From Octopus bimaculoides (taxonomy: Eukaryota): DNA of 64,000 nt. Within the stretch, counting starts at the first letter, position 1, and every line of letters starts with the position of its first letter. The notes beneath the pieces were generated by a model. The model saw only the letters and a list, made by a program, of their open reading frames with translations. It had not been told where the DNA came from and did not search any database. Below are positions 1-11,399 of the stretch, one piece after another. The translations under genes were made by a program, and so were the position numbers. The stretch covers positions 113,982,511 through 114,046,510 of the forward strand of contig NC_068986.1 in assembly GCF_001194135.2 (NCBI RefSeq), in the 5' to 3' direction.

Positions 1-35
<35 letters not shown>

Positions 36-796
36 CTTGTTTCAGTTATTACTTGCGTATTTTAGCATAGTTCTACTTTAAAGGATGTTTCTTTATATTC
101 GTCTGTTTGCGGGTGTGTTTTCTGTGTATATGCGAGTTTGTGCGTGAGGTTCAGGTGAAAGCTCTCACGTATGACGTGTAATTAAAATCTGTAGACGCAA
201 ACGCTGATGATCATTCTGTTTAACAGAAGACTTTATAATCAGACCTCTTCACGTAGGAACACTAATATAAATGACATGCACCGAAGCTTTCCAGGTACAC
301 CTAATCCTCAAACAAACGTACCTGTGCACCGTAAACTCAAAGCCTTTGAATAAGACAAAAACATGTGGTGTATCTTCAAAACTTTGTAAAATCAGACATA
401 TATTTAAATGGTAAGTCGTAAATGTTCGCTAAATGTTGGAAAAAGGATAAGTTCATATTACGAAGTCACCACGAATATGAGTTAGAAAAAAATAATTGAA
501 ATGCAAAATTTGCAATGAGAAATTTTTAACCTTATTTTACTTAATATTTCGTTTTCTCTTTTTACTGTTCATTTGTTCTTTTCAGATTCATCTCTCTCTC
601 TCTCTGTCTCTTTCTCTCTCTCGCATTGACACTCTTTTACCAAACTGTATCCTATGCTTTATCTACACATCTTTTACTCATATTTAATATTCATCCTTAT
701 ATTTTCCCTTTTCAATTTTTTTGAAAGTAACATAGACACAGAAAAAAGAGTAATGGTAGAGACAAAAACCGAAATACACACACACACACACACTTA

Positions 797-854
<58 letters not shown>

Positions 855-869
855 GAAAATCCCTCATTC

Positions 870-1260
870 TCTGAGCAAATCATAAACGGTGCACCAAAAG
901 AGGTTTCAACTAGAGCGGTTATTTGGGGGGGGGGCAAAGAATACAGACCTACGTGCTGGACAACTTCCACATAGTCATATGCAAAATAATGACTCCATCG
1001 CATAACAACTGTTTCGTCATCATGAAGAGCTAATATTTAATCAGAACCACTTGTGTCTCTCTGATTTTCACTTTACTAATGAACTTCCTCTCACAGTTCG
1101 TCCACAGTAGGGTTCGCAAAACGTAACTTGAAAACGTTTTAGCCAGGGTCTGTCGGTCTCTCAATCCAAACACTGAGCGACCATTAAGGAAGCTAAAAAG
1201 CAGCTGCGAATTTGTTCCAGTAACGGCACAGAATATATGCAGCTCCATGGCAACAACACC
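870..1260 (-). mobile_element. Frameshifted protein-coding relic, most likely a Tc1-like transposase fragment (alternative: Mab-21/cGLR-like pseudogene)
   Basis: Manual translation across frames gives VPLL...MVAQCLD*, then TFCEPYCGRTVR, then VVMRWSHYFAYD. This follows the Tc1 motif order VPLLT..RL.WA..HL.W / RF.L..DGR.RV / GGSVMVWG.F.Y. Stops and frameshifts are present. Confidence 0.35.
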
Positions 1261-1499
1261 TCGTCTTCATGATCTTCATTCTATATCTGTATATTTGTCA
1301 CTGTTCAGTTTTATTTCAAGGTTTGTTTTTTTTGCCAATAGAGAAAGAGCCGGTTTCTAACCTACAATCAATGCTCCTTCATCGGAATTTCAACATCAAC
1401 TACTGTTTATTTTTTATTTGTATGTATGTATGTATGTATGTATGCTTGCATGTATATATGTCAATCTTCAGTTTAATTTCAAGATTGCTTGCCAATAAA

Positions 1500-1690
1500 G
1501 AAAGAGTGGCTTCCTAGCCAAGATCCAAGGCTCGTATGTATATATGCATGCATGTATGTATTGGAGAATTTACGAAAAAACAACAGATGAAGACAGGTTG
1601 TGTAAACAACGAATGGATGTATTAGTATAACGCTTGAGAATAGAGAAAGTCTTTAACATTTCGATCCTACGCTCTTCCACAGATGTATGT
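1500..1690 (+). repeat. Dispersed repeat carrying the motif ACATTTCGA..CTACGCTCTTC (Penelope-like by recall)
   Basis: Near-identical motif at 1656-1678 and 60302-60324; reverse-oriented relatives (GAAGAG...CGAAACGT) near 3895, 33368 and 48295. Confidence 0.4.
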
Positions 1691-1747
1691 ATGTATGTAT
1701 GTATGTATGTATATATGCATGCATGTATGTATGTATGTATGTATGTG

Positions 1748-1823
<76 letters not shown>

Positions 1824-2219
1824 TATGTTAAATTTTGAAACTTCCTCGTGCTAGTAGAGGAAAGGACCGCTCAACCCCGCTGATGTTATGGGCCTAAACT
1901 CAAGTACATGAAATTGAGAAGAGAGATTCTTCTTAGCGTGGAATCGTAAAATGCAACTAGGTCACGGCACCTTCAAGAAGATATATATGTGTGTGTGCCA
2001 GAGTATGTGCGTACGCACGCGTGTGTTTACATATATATATATATATACATTCTGACACACACACACACATATGCATAAGAGAGTGAGAGTTGGGGAGAGA
2101 GATGAAGTGAGACAGAGAGGATGGGAGAGAGAGAGAGAGTAGATGAAAGGACAGAGAGATTTAGAAATGTTGCCATCATTATAAATATCCTTACTGTTTT
2201 AAGAAGCCTGTTGCTGCAT

Positions 2220-3290
2220 GTCATTATTGTTGAAGACCTATTGTTGTTGTTATAATCGTTGATGTCTCCGTATTATTGTTGATGATGAAGTGTCTGTATT
2301 GTTTGTGTTATTGTTGCAGTTCCAATATTATTGCTTTCATTGATAATGTCAGTCTGCGATCTCATAGTCTCTCTTCAAACTATACTATTTAGTTTATTTT
2401 GTTTTGGAGGCCTTTATTGTATTCTTATCGTTGTTGTTATTGTTAACATCTCTATAATGTCGTTGTCGTTGTTTTTGTTTTCCTATTTGCTGTTGTTTTA
2501 TTCGTATTCTATCGTTATTCTTGTTACTGATATTGGCGTCAGAATATTGTCTTGTTGTTGTTGTTGTTGTAGTTATGTCTGAGTTGTTTTGTTCATTATT
2601 TGCTAATGTTACAGTTGTTTCTCTATTACGATTTTGTTGATATTCTTGTTGTCATAGCTGCTGCTGCTGCTGCTGCTGTTGTTGCTATTGTCTTTCTATT
2701 GCTCTGTTGCTATTACTCTTGTTCCTGTCTCTACATTCTGCTATCTTTGTTGCTATTCTAGCGATTGTTTACGTTGTTGTTGCTGTCTATGTATTGTGCT
2801 GTTGATGATGATGTTCTTGTTGATACAGTTGTCTGTCCAGCTCTTTTCTTTCACATTTTTCCTCTGCAACTGTTTTCTAAATAATGACAATTATTGTTGT
2901 TGCTGTTGTTGTTATTCTGCGTAATTTTATCTTTGTTACTTCCTTTATACTAACAACAACAGCAAAACAACAACAACAACTACATCAACAACAGCAACAG
3001 TGACAACAACAACAACAACAACAACGACAACAATGATAATAAATAATAGAAAAGAAATTAATAATACCAACGTTAATAACAGTTATGATAATAATGTTGA
3101 TGATGACACCGACAACAACAACAACAACACTAACGATTTGATTCTTTTTTTGTAATAATAAAATTAATGTTAGGAAGATGTTGCTATTGTCCTGTTGCTA
3201 ATGCTACTATTGTTGTTGATGATGACGATGACGATGACGACGACGATGATAATGAAGACGACGACGAAGAAGAAGAAGCCTACGTTCCTG
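2220..3290. repeat. Degenerate trinucleotide low-complexity tract (TTG/CAA/GAT/GAA)
   Basis: Directly visible runs of gtt, gct, aac, gat and gaa units. Confidence 0.9.
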
Positions 3291-4089
3291 CTGATGCATA
3301 CCTGCCATATAAACTATATTTGGCCAATACAAAACTTAAAACGAGTTTTTGAAATCTCTCGGCGAACGAGAGGCATAAACGCATATACGTGCGTCGTTTT
3401 GTACCTACATACATATATATACATGTATACATACGCACACATACATATATATTTTTTTCATATGTACGCAAACATACATACACACACACAACCGTATACA
3501 CGCACACACACATACACACACACATAACATACACACACACACACACACATACACACACACACATAACATACACACACAAATACATACGAACATACAGCTA
3601 TGACAACACCCTCACACACTCCTCACCTCGTCACTCACCACCAAATCTAACGACTGCTTCTCACCTGATGCACAACCCCCTCACACATACATCACTCACA
3701 TAAACAGAAACACACACAGATGCTACCACAACCACACATACCCACACACTGGCCATTTTCGCACTCTCCTGCTTTCAAAAACCACTTTCCCTTTATCAAC
3801 CCCTCCCCAGCTCCCGCTCACGTCTGTCATGTAACTACACACATACTTTTCTCGGACTATTCTTTTCTTTCTCTCCGTATCTTTCCTCTTTCTGAAGAAG
3901 AGCAATGACCGAAACGTCACAAATCCCTTCTTTTTTCCATCTTAAACTGAGCCTCAACCTAATACATCCCTTGTGTATGTCCTTCTGATTTTCGTGGCTT
4001 TGTTTATATTTTTTTAATTTGCCTGTATATATATTCATATCTCTTCGAATGTATGTGGATTTGCTTTACTTTTCGCTGTATTCTACAGC

Positions 4090-4560
4090 ATAGAAAATAC
4101 GCGCATCACTTTTGCCCTCATTTTTGAATGCAAAGCATATGGACCCATACTCTCTCCAAATTCGATGAAAATGATTTCACTCCATGTAGCTTTAAGGACC
4201 GCTACAAACAGCCACGTTGATGGAACAAAAGAAACTCCCGTAGCTATTTTAAAGTACAGGTACACTATCACATCTTTCATAATTGTGTAATAGATTGAGA
4301 CAGACATTTGTCTTATAAACAGTGTATGTCGTTCCATTTGTCATCTCCGTAGAATGAATCATATCTGGGGTTGCATTGTCTGAATGCATACTTCCAAAAA
4401 ATGGCGTTTGACCTTTCTTTAAAACACTTTTATTTGCAAGAGTCGTTGAATACATGCAAATGTTATTCTTGTTGATGTTGTAAAACGTGTTGTCTTTAAT
4501 GTTAAGTTTTTCTCAAATGTCATTACTTTTCAATTCCTTTTCTACAATCAATTTCTGTTT
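4090..4560 (-). mobile_element. Degraded Tigger/pogo-like transposase N-terminal (CENP-B-type HTH) fragment
   Basis: Minus strand gives EKELKSNDI*EKLNIKDNTFYNINKN (psq-like HTH), then in another frame LFIRQMSVSI...GVSFVPSTWL...IEFGES, resembling WF.Q.R..G.P.SG...F.ASTGWL...ISGES. Multiple stops and shifts. Confidence 0.5.
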
Positions 4561-4908
4561 GTCTGGTCATTGATATTTGCTTTGACTGTGTTTGTATGTC
4601 TTTGTTTTCTTTTTGTTTGTTTGTTGTTGTTGTTTTTAGGTGATTGTTTTCTGTCTGACTGCATTGTAATTGTAGGCGGCGCCTGTGTATCGGACACTAT
4701 GTTTGATCAGAAAGTTATACTGTGTGAGAAAGATTGAATGATTAAAACAAAAAGAAACTTTTATGGCTTCACATCGGTGCGTTTTCGATTTCCAAATGGT
4801 TCGATAGAAAGATCATAAATGAAAATAAAGCGAAATTGATATCTCGTGTAGTAGAATCCAGAATATTGCGGATCGATTTAAAAGCACGGACCAATGGGTC
4901 AGCATAGG

Positions 4909-4961
<53 letters not shown>

Positions 4962-4964
4962 TGT

Positions 4965-5110
4965 TGTTGTAGGTCCTTTCCAATAGTGACACAAGGCCTG
5001 AAATTTTGTGGGAGGAGACTGGTCGATTACATTGACCCCAGTGCTAGGAAATTTAGCTTACGACCTAAATCTGGTAAAAAATGATCTTAAGCATTTTGTC
5101 CGGCCTGTTA
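4965..5110 (-). mobile_element. SINE family B, partial copy
   Basis: Reverse complement matches the copies at 30480-30880 (aaggcctgaaattt...gattacattgaccccagtg...aagcattttgtccgg). Confidence 0.65.
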
Positions 5111-5437
5111 ATAATAGTGAGGATAATTATAGAAGCAGGAGAACCATGCTTAAAAGAATTACAGAAAATACTTAATGAACTCTACGAAAAGCATCATCTC
5201 ATTAAATTTCATAATTTTATAACATTTTTTGAGCTCTCATCGGCGCACGTGCCTTTTCTTCCGTTTCCTTCTTTATTTGAAACTTTATCTCATCTTAGAG
5301 TTTCTCTGCATCATAAAATCTTCGAATGTATTAAGAACTTCACATTCGTTATTTACCTCAGGTGCCTGGTTGGCGCCCAGTGGATAATGTATGAATACTG
5401 AAGATATCGAGGAAAAGCTTTCGTCATTACCATCATC

Positions 5438-5473
<36 letters not shown>

Positions 5474-5750
5474 GACCAAAACACTAAAGTCTGTTTATTA
5501 ATTGACATGAGCATACCATGTGACAAAAGAATTTCATAAGCTCAGAAAATATAAAGATCCGCTAATCGAAATCAAAAAGATGTGGCATCTCAAGACGGTT
5601 ACAATACCAGTGATTGTAGAACTTGGAATCATCAAAAATGGAAATGAAAATTATTTAAGAATGATGTCTGGTTTGCCGTCCACGCAGAAATTGCAAAAGA
5701 TTGTCTTAACTTGTACGTCACATAAACTAAGAGGAGCGTTGTCGCTCTGG
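5474..5750 (+). mobile_element. R4/Dong-type non-LTR retrotransposon, C-terminal restriction-like endonuclease fragment
   Basis: CLLIDMSIPCDK / KEFHKLRKYKDPLIEIKKMWHLKTVTIPVIVELGIIK...KIVLTCTSHKLRGALS is a typical PD-(D/E)xK RLE tail; it is preceded by (AAT)n. Confidence 0.8.
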
Positions 5751-5957
5751 ATTTTCTTTTCTTTTTTCCCCTTTCTTTTCTTTGTTTACTTTTTATTTTC
5801 CTTTTTTTACTATTACATGAGTTTGTATATGAACAATATGGTGTGTTTATTTTAATGGCCAACCAATGTATACAGTGAGTTTCTCTACTCTAGGTGTCAG
5901 GAAGACACTCGGCAAGAAATGTAAACAGATTTGAAAGAAGATCATAATAATAATAAT

Positions 5958-7475
5958 ATGTTACCAATTAGTTAACTGCACCAAGCCAGTATTCTAGAGA
6001 GGGAACTTAATAAGAATGCTAGATTTTTAAAAAATGCTTTGATACAAGAATTCGACCGATCACAGCCATACAAATAACTTGAAATTAATGAACTAGATAG
6101 AAAAGAATCCATTCGTAGTAAAGAAAGCATTAGGATAGAAAATAATAGACGGATTAGATTAATAAAGAAAAAAGAACTAAATGTAAAATATGAAGAAATA
6201 ATGATCAAAGTTGTCCCAGTGGTAAGTTAAACTGTCCTCAACTGGACGCAAAATAAATTAGCAAAACTAGATACAAATAAAAAAACAATTATTTCCTTCA
6301 AAATAAACTATTTCAGATCTAACAAAGATTCTACTTGCCAAGAATACAGAAGAGAAAGAGACATTATGCAACTAGAAAATTATTATAAAATATCTATCGT
6401 AGGATATGAAAATTATGTTGTAAAAATAAGGTAAATCTGCCACAAACAGCTACAAAACATGCCCGTAATTGTTTTATATTTTCTAGAAATCCAACAAATA
6501 TAGAAATAATAGATAGCTGTAAAGAGGAAATAGAAAAAAAAAATAAAAAAAAGGCTAAAAATAATACTAAGCTAAATAAGATAATATGAGCTAAAATTGC
6601 AACGTTAACAGAAAAGCCTTAGATGCCCACTATAGGAAAAAACTGAACAGGACACGCAGAATTTTATCTGCTTGAGAAGAGCAATAATCAAAGCTGTAAA
6701 GACTTCCACAAAAAAGAAACCAAAAGCATCAAACTAAGCCGAAGAGAATAAGTAACAGCAGAGTATGTAGTGGTTCGTAAGAAATCATTAAAAAAAACAG
6801 TTTCCTGTAGCCCAGGCTTAACTAAGAAATAATACATCTACACATAAAAAATGGGTCTTTAAATGCAGTAGGTGTTATACCAGTATTACGATTAATTACA
6901 GAAAAAAGGTGGTATAAATATACACTGCGAAGGCTGACAAAGCGACCACAATTTCTGATATTCACAATTTGCAACTAGTAGAGATGAAAATTCCTCTGAT
7001 AAATATTGCTGTCAAAGAATACTAGAAGTAACCACTAAGTGAAGTAAAATTTTAAACAAATGATACTGTATTTCATAGGAAATGGAAAAGATCTTAAAAT
7101 AGAGACACGCAGAATAGCCAGACAGAAATCAGAAACAACCTCAATAATTATAGGTAACCTAGTAGTGATAAGAAATACGATCAGATAAATACGCAACCAA
7201 CATCGAACCATTTGTCACAGTGAATATAAATACATAGAAAATAAGAAATGAAAGAACAAAAAATTTGTTCAATTTGACATTTTGTTTATGAGATGAGTCA
7301 ACAAAAAATAAATTACCCAAATATGACAGAACTTATATCTCAACCGGGATGCGAAGCAGCTTTGAAGCTTTCCAGAAAGTAATCTGAAAGGTAATCAATT
7401 ATGATTACTGCTATGTTTGATTTTAAATCTCAAATGGTCAGAACGAGTAAAGACCGTTGTCATATAACATCTCAA
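5958..7475 (+). mobile_element. Degraded R4/Dong-type LINE, 3' portion (end of RT to RLE)
   Basis: IKVVPVVS*TVLNWTQNKLAKLD...YLPRIQ resembles AIPV.TYSF...NWT..E...LD...RLY.PR. A later stretch resembles the PD.V RLE motif. It ends in (AAT)n at 7476-7545. Confidence 0.7.
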
Positions 7476-7669
7476 TAATAATAATAGTAATAATAATAAT
7501 GATAATAATAACAATAATAATAATAAAAATAATAATAATAATAATTCTTTCCTTTATAGTTCCACTGGCCAATAATAGGCATAACCAGGCTCTACAAAAC
7601 GGGATTACATGGATTACATGACGCCTCTCAATATACAGAACTCATGGGATAAAAGTTTTTACATATATC

Positions 7670-7715
<46 letters not shown>

Positions 7716-7999
7716 ATGATTTTAGATACAATAAATAAGGATAAAACACACACAATAGGAATACAAAACTTTAGCACTCACACGGAGTCTTTCTCACTTC
7801 TATGGATTTTGACTTTAGATATGACAAGACGTTCAATAGAACCACTTTCATTTCCTTTTTGCTGTGGTGCGGATGCGGGTTTGTGTATGCATATAGAACA
7901 TTTTCTATGGTTCTTTTCTTCTGTCTGGCACAGTTTGCATCCATTTAGCATTCATTTGCCCAACAACAACACAATATTGTTAGTAATGTTACTGGATGG

Positions 8000-8640
8000 G
8001 AGTTCGTCCAACTCAGATTAAAGTTTGCTTATACTAGGGATTACGAAAATACTTTTGCTCATATTTAGGGATTGTTCTTTTGAGGTTCTGAAAAAGCAGT
8101 TTCTTCGACGGCCCCCTAATTACCCCTTGCTCTCCTTACCTTTTTTTACTCTTCATAGAAGATGATTTCAAAGCGTTCTTGTTGCTACATGTGTAACAAT
8201 TGAAGTCTCTGCTCGGCAGCACTAAACGTATCTGTTTCTTTTCCTACACGTACATTTATGTACAGCTCCAGTATGGCTTGGGTCATAAGCAGTTTTTCGT
8301 CATACTAGATTTCATAATTGGTGAAAGGCCTCGTGACGATGGCGTCATTCATACCAATAGCCAATCACAATGAATGTCCCTAGTTGTGATGCTATATTGC
8401 TGCACGTGCCTGTGGGAAGATGAGTCACACACCAACATGGCTATTTGGGCTCTTTGTCGGTTTTGGAATATTTAGTATATGCCCTCATATGTCTTACCTT
8501 CATCGATTCAAGCCACAACATCGCATATATCAACCAAGGCTTCCTTCAATTCCTTCTCTGAGAATACACTGAAATCCCACTTGATTTTCGAGAGACAGAA
8601 TTATGTCACTTGTCTCTTTATCCTTTAAACCCGATAAAAT
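8000..8640 (-). mobile_element. Highly degraded LINE reverse transcriptase relic (RTE-like)
   Basis: FSEKELKEAL and LLMTQAILELYINVRVGKETDTF resemble the RT segments EEV..AI and I..I..LY....VRVG.E.S..F that precede GVRQG. Many stops. Confidence 0.4.
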
Positions 8641-9138
8641 CATATGAAACATAAGTTTCAGTCATAAAAAAACCCAAACAGTTTTTTTAGGGAGAGTCGA
8701 CACATATTCATAATTTCTGTCTTGTAGCAAAACATTTACTGCTTTTGTCGAATTGTTTCTGCTTTAATATCATTTTATTCCTACAACTATTATTTCTAAG
8801 TGTCAGCTCCTTTAAGTGTTATATGGTTTCATTCTATTTATTTTTATTTTTTCCTCTTTTGGGGAATAATCGTTTCCCGCAAAATATCCAGAAGCATTTT
8901 CGAAATCGAGGCTGTTCTAAAAAATATCTAATATGTAAATCGCTTTGGAAATTTAAAACATATTTTTAAAAGAGAGGTTTTTTTTCTCTCAATAGATAGA
9001 CCTAGAAATATTGCAGAGGCTTTAATACTCAAAGAAAAGTCTTTGTCGATCAAATGATGTACGCTCAAAGAATGCCGAGCGTGAGTGAATCATGTCAGAG
9101 GTCAATAAATGCAAACGATACTGCAGCTCCGGCTGTTT

Positions 9139-9300
9139 CTACTACTACTACTACTACTACTACTAAAGAAGAAGAAGAAGAAGAAGAAGAAGAAGAAGAA
9201 GAAGAAGAAGAAGAAGAAGAAGAAGAAGAAGAAGAAGAAAAAGAAGAAGAAGAAGAAAAAGAAGAAAAAGAAGAAGAAGAAGAAAAAGAAAAAGAAAAAG
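9139..9300. repeat. Compound (ACT)n(GAA)n microsatellite
   Basis: Directly visible; it explains the poly-E, poly-K and poly-L ORFs. Confidence 0.95.
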
Positions 9301-11399
9301 AAGTAGAAGAATTGCGTCTTTTATTGTCATGAAGGCCTTTACAATAAAATCATTATACATGACGCTTAGAAAACCAGTGGATATAAAGTTATATATAAAC
9401 GAGGGTGGGAAAAATATATTTTATAACATGTATCAGAACATTTAAAGTTTGATGTAACTCAGTCACATAAAATATATAAAGTAATTATATAAAAAAGTAG
9501 TTATTTTTGTACTTGGAGTAAGTCATTCTCCCAATAAAAAGAAGCACAGGTTGTAGTTACATTCTCTATTGTAAATTAACTGAGGGGTTAATTATTAATT
9601 AGTTTTGATTTGAAAAAAATTTTAATCACACAGTTGTGATTTTCGTAAAGATTTGATTTCACATTCTTACAATGCCAACAAACTAAGACATATTAACTTA
9701 AGTATGGACATCGGTGTGTCCATACTTAATGCAAACACGTCACGGAAAGCCAAATAGACAGCGGTGTTTGTCTGGCGATAAGAACTTTTGTGGACGTTTT
9801 GCGGTATATGACAAAAATAGTAGATCAGTAACAGACGATTATCGATCTGAGGTCACAAGGATTTCTGGCAGAATCATACAAGATTTATTTACTTAAATGA
9901 ATGGAGCACGATTAATAATTCTGAATTCAATCTCTAATTGTGTTCACAGAACTATCATATTTACTGCTCTGCTGTTAGATTCAGCAGAAATAACTTTAAA
10001 ATCGTTCTGGCCACCAATCTTTTTAGTTGAGACAATGTCCGGTGGCTACCTTCGGCATATATTCTTTTATTTGAACTGTGTGATTTGCCGAAGATTTAGC
10101 TATTATTTATAACAATGCAGTTATAGCTACCTTCCTCTCTCTCCCTCCCCCTCTCTCTCTCTCTGTCTTTCTCTCTCACATCTAGTTGTTGTTGATGTTC
10201 TAGTCAAGATGATTCTGTCTTTTTTGAATAGCAGCGAATACATTGCTAACTGTATTCTTTCATTTAAGCTGGTAGACTGAAGTTTGAGGTAGATTTAGCA
10301 ACTACTTCTCTTAAGAGGATCGTTAGCAGCATATGCCTCATATTATATCCTATTATCTACACAGCTTAAATGTATTTTCTTCACACACTTGTCTTCACTG
10401 TTTCAAGTGAATCATGATATCCCTTATTACTAAAATCTTTTAAAATTACCTGGCATTGCTATTATTCCCAAATATTGATTATCTTTCTTTCCACTCTCTT
10501 TCCTCCGCTATCGTTACATGACTTACCTGTAGCCTTGAGACATGTGCCAAGTCTAGTAATGCTTAAGCGGAAATCAGGATAAATTTCCAAAGATTAATGC
10601 AGGATTATCAGAGAATGCTTTTGTATGACAAATCGTGATGTTAGCATGCCGCAAGACAAGAATCACTGCCGTTGGCAATATAGATCTATCTAATGTTACA
10701 TTACGCTGACAATGTGCTTTAAAATGGAGAACTAAAGTAAATACCTCCATTTTGAAAATGGCCAATGTCACGTGAGATATTTCCTTCTTGGCAAACTGTT
10801 ATTTTTTCTTCTCTCTCTCTCTCCTTCTCCCCACATATACCACTATCTTATTCCTCTTAACTTCAATAGTTAAAAACACAAAAGTAGTTATTAATGGTGT
10901 TTGAGATATTTTTATCTTTTCAGGAAAACAGTTTCATTATTATTATTGCTATTATTATTATTATTATTGCTTTTTTGTTGTCATTGTTTTTGTTTTTTCT
11001 TATTATCACCATCATCACCATCATCAACATTATTCATTATTATTACTATTATTATCATCACTATCGTTACTATCCTTGTTGCTTTTACTTTTGATAATGT
11101 TATTACTATCATGATTGTTGATGCTGTTGTTGTTGTTTTTATTACGATTATAATTATTGTTATTATTACTACTACTACTACTCTTATTATTATTTTTATT
11201 ATTATTATTATTATTATTATCTTGCTATTTAGTAGTCTTACGTTTCTTATATGGTTTTTCCTTCCCAATTAAACATAGTTCCGTGCACCTTAACCACATC
11301 ATTGTATTGTTCTATATTTTCATATTACATTTGAAATCTTCGAATTAATATCCCTGCCCACTGCTTACTAACGCCTTTTTTATGCGTTTTGCATAAATT

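Noticed and set aside
228-412. Possible + strand exon ending at AAATG|gtaagt
   Set aside because: All frames contain stops and there is no other support; it could only be a UTR exon, which cannot be shown here.
9054-9332. Poly-T/poly-E ORF resembling an acidic protein
   Set aside because: It is entirely explained by the (ACT)n(GAA)n microsatellite.
10528-10563. Minus-strand 35-nt exon candidate with a perfect CAG|gtaagt donor
   Set aside because: The acceptor is weak, the peptide is uninformative, and isolated consensus donors are expected by chance in 64 kb.
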